The notes beneath the pieces are model-generated. The model ran no database searches. It had not been told where the DNA came from and worked only from the letters and a program-made list of their open reading frames with translations. A stretch of DNA of 64,000 bases from Squalus acanthias (taxonomy: Eukaryota): positions 434,001 through 498,000 of the forward strand of contig CM059432.1 of the NCBI GenBank assembly GCA_030390025.1. Direction: 5' to 3'. A program made the translations under genes and the position numbers. Positions 1 to 11,480 of this stretch are shown here, piece by piece (the stretch's first letter is position 1; every line of letters starts with the position of its first letter).

Positions 1-425
1 GCCCTATCTATGGAGATGGCGTCTAAGAATGCTCGGGAGCTCCGTCCAACTCAAGTGACTAGTGCAGCTGTGATCTACAGTCACAAAGCCACCGCCAAAC
101 CTAAAGCTCTGAGAGCGAGTCAAAAGCATGTCGGTGAGAGCAGTTCAGTGAATTGTTATCGCTCCAAGGAAGTCACTCACCACAGTCCTGCCAAAGCAGA
201 AACGTGAAGTGTTTTCACTGCCTGAAGCAAGGCCATAGTTTAACAGCTTGCAGAGCTGGATCGAAAGCAGGAAGTAAGAACCATTCTAGTGGCAATGCAA
301 AGCAGCGACAACAAAAGGGAGGAGTTCACAGTATTAAAGTGAACACACCTGATGTGGAAGAACTAGGCATCGACAGTATCTATGCCACTAGCGGCAACGC
401 TAGCAGTCGTGAGAAAGACTTTTGA
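1..425 (+). mobile_element. Degenerate Ty3/Gypsy-type gag fragment with tandem zinc knuckles, frameshifted
   Basis: ORFs 10..207 and 153..425 join across a frameshift into NCYRS-x-GSHSPQSC...KCFHCLKQGHSLTACR (a decayed knuckle plus CX2CX4HX4C), the double-knuckle layout of Gypsy gag proteins. Confidence 0.55.
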
Positions 426-434
426 TCAACGGAC

Positions 435-1391
435 GGGAGGACTGCTAACGTTGTACCTTTACTTAAAAAGGGAGAAAAGGATAGACCGAGTAATTACAGG
501 CCAGTCAGCCTAACCTCGGTGGTGGGAAAATCATTGGAAAAAATTCTGAGGGACAGGATAAATCTTCATTTACAAAGACAAGGATTAATTAGGGACAGTC
601 AGCATGGATTTGTTAAGGGAAGGTCGTGTCTGACTAACTTGATTGAATTTTTTCAGGAGGTAACAAGGAGGGTCGATGAGGGTCGTGCGTTTGGTGTAGT
701 CTATATGGATTTTAGCAAGGCTTTTGATCAGGTCCCGCGTGGCAGACTGGTCATGAAAGTAAAAGCCCATGGGATCCAGGGCAAAGTGGCAAGTTGGATC
801 CAAAATTGGCTCAGAGGCAGGAAACAAAGGGTAATGGTCGAAGGATGTTTTTGTAACTGGAAGGCTGTTTCCAGTGGGGTTCCGCAGGGCTCAGTACTGG
901 GTCCTTTGCTTTTTGTGGTATATATCAATGATTTGGACTTGAATGTAGGAAGTATGATTAAGAGGTTTGCAAATGATACAAAAATTGGCCGTGTGGTTGA
1001 TAATGAAGAAGAAAGCTGCAGACTGCAGGAAAATATCAATGGACTGGTCTGGTGGGCAGAACAGTGGCAAATGGAATTCAATCCGGAGAAGTGTGAGGTA
1101 ATGCATTTGGGGAGGGCTAACAAGGCAAGGGAATACACAATAAATGGTAGGACTCTGAGAAGGGGGACCTTGGAATGCATGTCCACAGATCCCTGAAGGT
1201 AGCAGGCCAGGTAGATAAGGTGGTTAAGAAGGCATACGGAATGCTTGCCTTTATTAGCCGTGGCATAGAATACAAGAGCAGGGGGGGTTATGCTTCAACT
1301 GTATAAAACAGTAGTTAGGCCTCAGCTAGAGTACTGCGTGCAGTTCTGGTCACCACATTACAGGAAGGATGTGATTGCACTAGAGAGGGTG
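435..1391 (+). mobile_element. CR1-clade LINE ORF2 reverse transcriptase fragment (truncated, disrupted)
   Basis: ORF 519..1196 has QHGFVKGRSCLTNL, YMDFSKAFD, GVPQGSVLGPLLF, FANDTK (decayed FADD) and WQMEFNPEKC. CR1-like sequence continues out of frame to about 1391. Confidence 0.9.
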
Positions 1392-1790
1392 TCGCTGAGG
1401 GTCAGCATGTAGATGAGAAATAGGAGGGGCCAAGGATAGATCCTTGGAGGACTCCAGAGGTAACGGTGCGGGAGCGGGAAGAGAAGCCCTTGCAGGTTAT
1501 TCATTGGCTACAACTGGATAGATAGGAATAGAACCAGGCGAGGACAGTCCCACCCAGCTGGACAAGGGAGGAGAGGCTCTGAAGGAGGACGGTGTAGTCA
1601 ACCGTGTCAAAGTCTGCCAACAGGTCAAGAAGGACGAGGAGGGATAGTTTAGCACGGTCACAGTTACATCGGGTGTCATTTGTGACTTTGATTCGGGCTG
1701 TTTCAGTGCTGTGGCAGGGGCGGAAACCTGATTGGAGGGATTCACACATGGAGTTGCTGGAAAGATGGGGATGGATTTGGGAGTTCGGGG
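1392..1790 (-). mobile_element. L2-clade LINE reverse transcriptase fragment
   Basis: Minus-strand translation QSGFRPCHSTETARIKVTND...LLDLLADFDTVDY, followed by a GV-QGSILGP-like motif near 1400-1460. Confidence 0.8.
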
Positions 1791-1969
1791 GTTCTGCAGG
1801 AAAAGCTGCTGCATAAACCTAAGGCAATGGGTCTTCGAGGTGTTTTGTAGGTGGTGGTGATCAGCAGGAGGGTTCGTGGCCTTGTCTGATCCGAGGCAAT
1901 GAGACCTGAAGGGCTCCAGAGGCAATGTTGAGGATTCCCATGGTCGCTCCACCCGCCTGTGTAACAGTG

Positions 1970-2500
1970 CCCCCCACCCCCCCCATTCCCCCATTCCCCC
2001 ACTCGCCCCAGCACCCCCACCATCCCGCTCCCCCGCTCCCCCCAGCACCCCCACCATCCCGCTCCCCCACTCCCCCCAGCACCCCCACCATCCCGCTCCC
2101 CCACTCCCCCCAGCACCCTCACCCTCCCCACTCCCCCGCTCGCCCCAGCACCCCCACCACCCCGCTCCCCCCACCACCCCGCTCCCCCCACCATCCCGCT
2201 CCCCCGCTCCCCCACCATCCCGCTCCCCCGCTCCCCCACCATCCCGGTCCCCCCCACCACCCCCACCATCCCGGTCCCCCCCACTCCCCTCCCCCACCCC
2301 CCCACTCCCCCCCACCGCGCTCCCACCACCCTGCTCCGCCCCCTGCTCCCCCCCGCTCCCCCCTGCCCCCCCACCACCCCCACCACCCCCCACTCCCCCC
2401 CGCTCCCCCTACCACCCCGCTCGCCCCAGCACCCTCACCCACCCCACTCCCCCCGCTCCCCCCTGCTCACTGCGCTCCCCCCCGCCCCGCTCCACCAGCA
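1970..2500. repeat. C-rich low-complexity repeat (G-rich minus strand); shorter versions at ~26160-26400, ~35310-35530, ~44180-44390
   Basis: Repeated ccccaccatcccgctccccc-like motifs; length differs between units. Confidence 0.8.
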
Positions 2501-2569
2501 CCTCCAGGGCTCTCTGGTCCCGGCTACCAGGAATGTTTGCTGATAGATACGACTCTGAATACAAACGCG

Positions 2570-3815
2570 GCAACAACAATTTATATAGCGCCTTTAATGT
2601 AGTAAAACGTCCCAAGGCGCTGCACAGGATTCTAAATCAGAGAGAATTTGACACCGAGCCACATATTGGCCCAGAAATTGATCTCGCTCTGTTCCCGCGG
2701 GGGTAAGGAGCAGGCGCGATCTCTCACTCCGCGCTGGCTTTTTCAGATCCAGCTCGCACGAACTTGATGTTCTAGACATCAGCTGGGCAGTGCTTGCGTA
2801 TCCCACCGGCGTAGTGAATTCGTGCGAGCTGTGGGATCACGTGACTCAGTTAGAGCCAATGGCAGCACACCATCTTCCATTCATAAGTTTCACATACGTG
2901 CTGTGAAAGCTAATCTTACACACCCCCAAAATAACAGCTAAACCTCAATTAAATTTTTTTTTAAAAACCATCACATTAATAAAATAAGTATAGTTAAATA
3001 AATTAACCATTTTAAATAAAAAATTAAATTTTTGAAAAAATTTAAAATCTTTTAAAAAGTTATAAAAATAAACTTACCTGTCTTTAAAGTCTCTAAAAAA
3101 GATATACCTGTTAAAAAAAATTCAAAAAAATACTTAATTCACTACTTACCTTGTTAAAAGTGGGTCTTACGCCTCCTTTTTCCATTTCTAAAATCTTCCG
3201 TACTTACCTGCGCGTCCAAAGCACTAAGTGCACAGCGTGCGCGCAGCCTGTAGCGCGCACGCGGTGCACCGAGGAACCGCCCCCTTTTCGAAAGACCAAG
3301 TGCCGGTTTTCAGCGCATGCGCAGTGCATGCAGAAAACCGGCAATTGGAGAGAGAATACGCGAGAGTACGCAGTGCGTACTCTCGCGCAGCGGGATCAAT
3401 TTTTGGCCCAATGAGATATTAGGACAGGTGACCAAGGGGTAGGTTTTAAGAAGCGTCTTAAAGGAGGAGAGAGAGGCGGAGAGGTTTAGGGAGGGAATTC
3501 CAGAGCTTAGGGCCCAGGCAGCTGAAGGCACGGCCACCAATGGTGGAGTGATTATAATCAGGGATACTCAAGAGGCCAGAATTGGAGGAGCGCAGAGATC
3601 TCGGGGGGGTTGTGGGGCTGGAGGAGGTTACAGAGATAGGAAGGGGCGAGGCCATGGAGGGAATTGAACACTAGGATTAAAATTTTAAATCGAGGTGTTG
3701 CCGGACCGGGAGCCAGTGTAGGTCAGTCAGCACAGGGGGTGATGGGTGAACGGGACTTGGTGCGAGTTAGGACACGGGGCAGCAGAGTTTTGGTTGAGCT
3801 GATGTTTACATAGGG
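2570..3815 (-). mobile_element. L2-like LINE 3' end fragment, interrupted by a TIR element in this unit; paralogues at ~26480-26990, ~35605-36100, ~44465-44965
   Basis: Starts caacaatttatatagcgcc (reverse complement of an L2-type 3' tail). Minus ORF reads RSLRSSNSGLLSIP...GGRAFSCLGPKLWNSLP, the L2 ORF2 C-terminal motif. Confidence 0.8.
2665..3412. mobile_element. Non-autonomous DNA transposon (MITE-like), ~750 bp, imperfect ~24-bp TIRs
   Basis: Left end attggcccagaaattgatctcgct; right end reverse complement attgggccaaaaattgatcccgct. Absent from the paralogous site in units 2-4. AT-rich core, no transposase ORF. Confidence 0.8.
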
Positions 3816-4179
3816 TGCAACTATGAGAAGTCTACATTTGGCCTCTCCCGAGCTGGGCACCAGTGACAGGGTCGACTGCTCTTCCAATGTCTGAGTCTTG
3901 TCCTCAAACGATACCTGGGTCGATGCTGCTGAGTCTGTGCAATCTTTCTCTTATTGTGGGTCATACTGAGTTCTTTTCCCGGCGACATTGAGTCAGCCAC
4001 GTGGAGTGGACCAGAGCCACGTGTTACTCTGACCAGGGACTGGGTGGCAGGCTTCCTTCCCCATTTCCCATTGCTCTGCCTCAACTTCCAGATTGTTGAA
4101 GCTGCCCTGGAGGGATGTTGGTCACGCTGCCCCTGTGGCATAGGGACCACGCACTGTACCATGGGATGGTCCTCCCCAT

Positions 4180-4621
4180 GTGTGCACGTGTGTGTGTGTG
4201 AGTGTCTGCCCATGTGTGTGAGTGAGCATACATGTGTGTGCGCTGTATGTTTGTGCACGTGCATGTGTGCGGTATGTGAGCCATGTGTGCGTGTGTGTGT
4301 ATGGTCCTCCCCATGTGTGCACTTGTGTCTGTGTGCATAGGCACACGTGTGTGCCTATGTGAGTGTGCGTGCACGTGTGTGTGCGGTATGTGTGCGCGTG
4401 CATGTGTGTGTGTGTGTGTGCTGTGTGTGCTGTGTGTGCTGTGTGTGTGCTGTGTGTGCTGTGTGTGCTGTGTGTGTGTGTCTGCAGTGCGTGTGTGAGT
4501 TGTATGTGTGTGTGTGTACGCGTACACGTGTGTGTGTATGGTGTGTGTGTGTGTGCTGTGTGTGTACGGTGTGTGTGTGTGTGTGCTGTGTGTGTGTGTG
4601 TGTGTGTACGGTGTGTGTACG

Positions 4622-4652
<31 letters not shown>

Positions 4653-4928
4653 GTGTGTGCGAGTGTGTGTGTGTACGGTGTGTGTTATGCTGTGTGTGTG
4701 TACGGTGTGTGTGTGTGTGTGCTGTGTGTGTGTGTGTGTGTGTACGGTGTGTGTACGGTGTGTGTGTGTACGGTGTGTGTGTGTGTGTGCTGTGTGTACG
4801 GTGTGTGTGTGTACGGTGTGTGTGTGTGTGTGTGTGCAGTGTGTGCTGTGTGTGTGTGTGTGCTGTGTGTGTGTGTGTGTGTACGGTGTGTGTGTGTGTA
4901 CGGTGTGTGCGTGTGTACGGTGTGTGTG
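4180..4928. repeat. Composite (TG)n microsatellite with TACGG and GCTG interruptions; left part of the unit 1 tract, which continues at 12521-12660 and 20459-20703
   Basis: Directly visible. Confidence 0.95.
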
Positions 4929-5216
4929 AATCTTTTATTCAAACCAATAATACAAATTACATAGTAAAACCATTACATTCATCCATCAAAATACAGTACA
5001 AATACCCCCAAACAATACCACACTTTTTTTTTTATATTAAAATAATACATCTCACTTAACTCCACATAAAACAACCCATTTCAACACCACAGTGTACAAA
5101 CACATAGCACCATCACAATCCAACTAAATGCCACATATAACATCCACTCCAATAACCCAAGAAACCTGTTCCGCGCCAGTCCCACTGGCACCGCCCACCC
5201 GACCATCCACTCAATT

Positions 5217-5455
5217 GTTCTCCGTGCTGGGCCTCCCGCCCAGGCCACTCTCCTCTGGGTCTTCCACCTTGGGCCTTCTGCACCGGACCCTCCGCACCGG
5301 CATTCCCCGCGAGCACCTGGGGTGAAGCAACCGCATCTCCTGACTCCACCTCTGCCGACCAGCCGCCCCGCCCTGGGCCCCCCGCCTGGAGTTCTCCGTG
5401 CTGGGCCTCCCGCCCAGGCCACTCTCCTCCGGGTCTTCCACCTTGGGCCTCCTGC
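5217..5455. repeat. 174-bp GC-rich tandem repeat in the Tx1 3' UTR (about 1.4 copies in copy A)
   Basis: gttctccgtgctgggcctcccgcccaggcc recurs at 5217 and 5391. Confidence 0.85.
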
Positions 5456-5477
5456 GAAGCGGACAACTTGGAGTGCA

Positions 5478-8400
5478 TTAAATTAAAATAACATTTCCCG
5501 GGGAAACGATGCACTCCAGTCCCTGCGGCGCCCACCGGTCTCGGAAGGCTTCAAGTGTGCCGGCGGACACCGCATGCTCCATCTCCAGGGCCACCCGGGC
5601 GCGAACATGGCCGCGGAAGAGAGGCAGGCAATTGGGCCGAACGACCCCCTCGACCGCCCGCTGCCTGGACCTGTGAATGGCCACTTTGGCCAGGCCCAGG
5701 AGCAGTCCTACGAGGAGGTCCTCCGACCTGCTCTCTCCCCTCCGCACCAGGTGACCGTAGATCAGGAGCGTGGGACTGAAGTGCAACCAAAAAGCGAGGA
5801 GCAGCCCCTTCAAATATTCAAAGAGGGGCTGCAACCTCTCACATTCCACATAAACGTGGAACACGGACTCCTCGAGGCCGCAAAAAAGACAGGCGGCCTG
5901 GGAGTCCGTGAACCTACTTAGAAACCGATTGCACGGGACTGCTCCGTGCAACACCCTCCAAGCCATGTCCCCAATAGAAAAGGGGAGTACTCCCGCACAG
6001 AGAGCCCTCCATTGGGGACCTTCGCCTCCGCCGGACGGCAAGATAGCACGCCAAGGCGTGTCCGGACGGCAGGCGAAGATGACAAAGTGGAAAGTGTGCA
6101 GGAGCAGCCCGTACAGGAAACCCCTCCGTGCAGAACTGAAGGGCACGGAGGGCATTTCCCCGAGACGGCTCAAGTTGTGAGGCGCCGGTTCCCGAGAGGG
6201 GTTTCGGGGCCGTGCGCCGATGAGGAATTCCGTCCGAACGGAGGTCAGTTCGGACGGGATCGCCCCACGTGCTTGAGCCTCCTCGATACACCTAGTGGAG
6301 TCCGGGCCCAGTGCCACTTTCAGCAACTCGATGGCTTTGGCCGCGCGCCAGACGTCTACCCAGGAGAGGCGCCGCGCCAACTCCTCCGGCGCCATCCAGC
6401 CCGCTCCTCCGCCATCGAGCAGGTCCCTGACTCTGGTCACCTTGCCTGGCACAGCCCTGCCCTCCGCCAGCCAGCCGATCCGTCGGACGTGGAGGTGCGG
6501 ATTCCTGAACAGCGGCTCCCGAAGGAGAGCCGCCACTCCTGCCTGGAGGCGACCTGGTTCCAGACCCATAGCAGTTCCTGGTAAAAGACAGGCAGCTCCC
6601 ACAGGTAGGCTCGCGTGCGGCCCAATTCCACAAACAGGAGCTGCGTGTCGTAGTTGAGGCCGTGCATCTGGCGGAAGAAATACGTCGCCAGCGCACACCA
6701 TCTGGGAGGATTCTCGACGTAAAGGTACCTCTGCAGCGTCTGAAGACGGAAAGTCGCCGCCTGGGTGCGAAGGCAGACCAGCGCCTGACCGCCCTCCCTA
6801 AGCGGGAGACACAGAACCGCGGCAGAGACCCAGTGCTTCCTTTTGTCCCAGAAGAAGTCGATGAGCATCTTCTGTATCTTGGCGACAAACGCAGGGGGAG
6901 GGATCAAAGTGACCAACCGGTACCACAACATGGCGGCCACCAGCTGGTTTATGACCAGCGCTCGACCCCTGTAGGACAACACTCGGAGCAACCCCGTCCA
7001 GCGTCCTAGGCGAGCGGTGACCTTGGCCTCCAGCTCTTGCCAGTTCGCCGGCCAGGTGTCCTCGGCAGGGCCGAGGTAGACTCCCAAGTAGAGGAGGTGT
7101 GTTGTGCTCCAGGCGAAGGGCCTGAACTCCTCCGGCAGGGAGTCCACCCGCCACTGGCCCACCAGGAGTCCAGAACATTTCTCCCAGTTGATCCTGGCGG
7201 AGGATGCGTCCGAGTAAATCTGCTGGCATTCTCGCATCCTCCGCAGGTCGACGGGATCCGTGACCATGAGGAGCACGTCATCGGCGTAAGCCGAGAGGAC
7301 GACCTCCACGCCCGGCCCTTGCAGAGCCAGTCCCGTCAACCTCTTCCGCAAGAGGCGCAGGAAAGGCTCCACGCAAACGGCATATAACTGACCGGACATG
7401 GGGCATCCCTGACGCACCACCCTCCCGAAGCGAAGGGGCGCCGTCAAAGACCCGTTAACTTTAATCAGACACTCCGCGGCGGCGTACAGAAGTCGGATCC
7501 GGGCGACGAAATGCGTCCCGAACCCGAATGCGCGCAGAGTCCCGAAGAGATACTCGTGATCCACCCTGTCGAACGCCTTCTCCTGATCCAGGGAAAGGAA
7601 GGCGACCGACAGACCAGTCCTCTGGGAAAGGTGGACCAGGTCCCGGACCAGATGGATGTTGTCATGGATTGTCCGGCCCGGGACCGTGTAGGACTGGTCG
7701 GGGTGGATCATGTGGGCCAGCACGGTGCCGAGGCGGGCAGACATGGCCCTGGCAAAAATTTTATAGTCCGTGCTGAGGAGGGAGACCGGGCGCCAGTTTT
7801 TTAAAAGGCGGAGATCACCCCTCTTGGGCAGCAGGACAATAACCGCCCTGCGCCAAGAGAGGGGCATCTCCCCGGTCGCCAGACTTTCCCCCAGGACCCG
7901 CGCGTAGTCGCCCCCCAAGACGTCCCAGAACGCCCTGTGGAACTCCACGGTCAGCCCGTCCAGCCCCGGGGACTTTCCCCTCGAGAGCTGGCGCAGGGCG
8001 CTGGTCAGCTCCGCCAAACTTAGCGGAGCGTCCAATTCCTCGGCGCCCTCCGGGCCGACCTTCGGCAGGTCCTCCCACAAAACTCTGCGCGCATCCTCGC
8101 TGGACGGATCCGGAGAGAACAGAGCCCCGTAATAGGCCCGGGTCCCCGCGCTGATCCCCTCCGGATCCGAGACCAGAGATCCGTCGTCGGCCAGCAGCCC
8201 CAAGAGCTGCTTACGGACCCCTCGTCTTTTTTTCCAGCGAGTAGAAGAAGGGGGAGCCGCGGTCCAGGTCCCGCAGGAACTGGATCCGCGACCTCACGTA
8301 CGCGCCTCGGGACCCGACCAGCTGCAGGTCCTTCAGCGCGCCCTTCTTCTCTTCGTACACCTTCCGCAGGGCCGGGTCTTCGACGACTTGACCGAGACGG

Positions 8401-9362
8401 GACTCCAGGTCGAGCACTTCTTTCTCCAATCGCCCGACCCGGGCCTCCCGCCTCTTGGTCGACCCCTTCGCGTACTCCTGACAGAAGAGACGGACGTGAG
8501 CCTTGCCCACGTCCCACCATAGCCTCAAGGAGGGGAAGCCCCCCTGCTTCCTTCTCCAGTCGGCCCAGAACCGGCGAAACGAATCCCGGAACCGCACGTC
8601 CTCCAGCAGCAGGTTGTTAAAATGCCAGTACGCGGACCCCCCCGGCGCCTGCAACGGAGCGAGCTCCGCCCACACCAGGTGGTGGTCCGTGCACGGCACC
8701 GGCCGCATGGAAGCCGCCGGAACGCAGGAGACGTACGCCCGGGAAATATAAAGGCGGTCGATTCTGGACCTTCCTCCTCCAGACCCCACCCAAGTGAAGG
8801 CGCTGGAGTCGGGATGGAGATTTCGCCAGACGTCCACCAAGTCGAAGGACCCGACCAGGTCCCTCAACTTCACCGTCGCCGTCAGGCTTCGCGGAGGGCC
8901 CGAACGGTCCCTCGCCTCGAGGGTACAATTAAAATCCCCCCCGAGGATGATGCACTCGCCGACGTCGACGGTGCCCAGAAGAGCGGACACTTCATCGAAG
9001 AAGCGCACTTGCTGCGCACCGGGCTGGGGGGCGTACACGTTCACTAAATGGAGCGGCACGCCCCCCAGACGAACAGTGACCTGGAGCAAGCGGCCCGGCA
9101 CATGCTCCTTGACCCCCAAGATCTCCGGCTGAAAATGCGGGGCCAGCAAGATAGCCACCCCACCGGAAACGTTGGAGAGGTGACTCATGCTGACCCCTCC
9201 TCGCCACTCCAGGAGCCACGTGGCCTCGTCTCCCGGAACGGTGTGAGTTTCCTGCAGGAAGCACACCGCATGCCTCCCTTCCCGAAGGGACGAGAAGTTA
9301 TTAAATCTACGGCGTGCCTCTCTGCTGCCGTTGATGTTGAGGCTGGCTATGGTTATCTTCAT
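5478..9362 (-). pseudogene. Tx1 ORF2 (APE endonuclease / reverse transcriptase), copy A, disrupted
   Basis: Split into ORFs 8211..9380, 6437..8203 and 5478..6701. Relative to copy B it has one extra T in the T-run at 8227-8233, a 16-bp deletion at 6540/6541, and G>V in GRGVRQGCP. Confidence 0.9.
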
Positions 9363-9393
9363 GACAAGAGCATAGTGCAACCTCTACCTTACT

Positions 9394-11480
9394 CTAACGG
9401 GGGGAGGGAGCGCGGCCGCTAGTCGACCGCCACTCCCTTCCAAGCCCAGCGAGGAAATTCTGGATCCGACGCCACTCGGCCAGGTCCACGTCCCCGTCCG
9501 CGCCCATGGTTTTGACTGCGGCGCGGACGGAGCAAACGAGCAGCGCCAGATCCGACCATTTATCGATGGCCAGCCGGATTATATCCTGGCGACCCTGGCC
9601 CATGGCCACAAAGTCCCGGAGTTCCACAACGGGGATGAGGGGGGACCCGGAGGAGGGCACGAGGGCATCCGCCGCCTCACTGGCGACGGATTCCATATCA
9701 TCCTCAGTGTCCTCCGCCGGGTCCCCGTCCTCCTCCGGGGGGTCGCCATCGGCCAGCCCTACCACTGCCCTGATCCCACCCCCAGGATCGGCAGCAGAGG
9801 AGTCCTCCCTGGGCTCCTCCAGAGGCGCCGGGTCAGGAAGCGGCGGCGGCTCGGGGCCCCCCCCCGCCCCCGGCACCGGGGTGCACAGGGAAACCGGGGA
9901 GCACATTAGTACCAGTTCCCTCAACAACCCCGGCGCCAGCGTCGCAGGCGGAGTCAGGGGGCCTTCCCCTTCACCGCCACCATCCTCCGACCCAGCGGAC
10001 CGGGTACCCTGGTTATATTGCTCAACCAGGTCGAGCAGTGCCTGGGAGTGGTCCTGACCGTACACGGCGGGCTCTGCCTCATCGGCCTCGCCCGCCCCGG
10101 TCCCCAGGATGCCCGACCTGGCGAGAAACAACGGATCAGCGTAACTCCCCACCGCGGGTAGTTCCGCGGCCCCCCCCATGAGCAGGGCCTCTCCCCCATC
10201 CCCGGGAGGCACAGGCTGGACAGACTCATCTGTCATGCCCTCCCGGGGGACAGGCGACCCCTGCTGGATGTCGGTGATGGTGTCGGTGGGGGGGGGGGCA
10301 GCACCCGCGGCGGGCAACGACTCCCCTTGCGAGGGGGGACCCCGTTCCTCGCGGTCCTCCCCCTCATCCAGGATGTCGCGCCTCCTTTTCGAAGAGGAGG
10401 GACACGAAGGTTGGGAGACCTCCATGCATACCGAGGCCTCCATTCCGCTCCCCCCTGTCGATCGGTCTGCTCGGGGGTCCCGGGCCCGGTCACGGCCGCA
10501 GGTCTCGATTTTGCCGCCTTGGCGGATGCGGCCGCAGGCCCGGGCACAAGGCCCCTCGCATTCTCGAATTCCGCCGCCACCCGCGCAAGGTATAGGGGCG
10601 TAAGCTCGGGTAAGTCATTATGTATGTCAAGGGGACCCGCCTGAAGGTGTTTGCTTTTCCTCCGCGCCTTCCTTCCAATCGGACGCTCCCCCTCCCCTTC
10701 GCCGGAGGCCGCGACGGCGTTGACCTCCGGCGTCGACCGCGCATCGGGTGTCGCAGACGCGCGGACAGAAACAGGGGGAGGAGCGGCGGCGGCGCCAGCC
10801 TTGGCCGCCTCAGATGCTTTGGCGGCCTTGGAGGCGGGGCAGTTCTTTCTTATGTGCCCCACCTCCTTACAGGCGTGGCACCGCACACCGTCCGACGTCC
10901 AGAAGACGCGGTAGGCGGTCCCCTCGTGTGTTATGCTAAATGCGCCTTCCGTGTCTTCCTCCCGCGCCAGCTGGATAAACAGCAGGCGCCGGAAGGAGAA
11001 GACGTGCCGGAGGCTGGCCTCCCTCCAGCCGAGCGGGATCGGATTAATCCCCGACCTCACCTCCCCCAGTTGACGTAGGTGGGGGAGGAGGAGCTCAACC
11101 GGAACAAAGGGCGGGACATTCGACAGTATGAGTCGCTGCTCGGTGGCCTCGAGCGGATCCATCGGCAGGAACGTCCCGCCCACGGTGAGCCCCTCGGTGA
11201 CGGCCAGGGACACCGCCCGCTCCGACCGCAGGAAGAACACAGCCTTACCGTACATTTTAGAGGCCGCAACGATGGCTGAGGGGCCGACTACCCCAGCCAT
11301 GGCTTTGACGCAAGCCTCTATGGTCATGTTGGGGTGAGTGTAGCTCTTCACCCCCAGCTTTTTTGTCAATAGCCTGAAAGGCGACGGGGCAGCAGAAGCA
11401 GCGGGACCAGCTGTGGCCATGGCTGCCACACCCGCGTACGACCTTGCTTGCCCCGCCGCCGGCGAAGATGTGCTCGCCAT
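9394..11480 (-). pseudogene. Tx1 ORF1 (gag-like, CCHC knuckle), copy A, one frameshift
   Basis: ATG at 11480 (MASTSSPAAG) and CHACKEVGHIRKNC knuckle. A 1-bp deletion near 10442 relative to copy B shifts the acidic/Pro-rich C-terminus into ORF 9394..10443. Confidence 0.85.

Noticed and set aside
1497..2602. Gly-rich and Pro-rich ORFs resembling extensin or formin
   Set aside because: Low-complexity C-rich repeat, open in several frames and not conserved in frame between units.
4081..5059. Cys/Val-rich and His/Thr-rich ORFs (also ~27000-28330, ~36100-37170, ~45270-46770)
   Set aside because: Translations of the (TG)n microsatellite.
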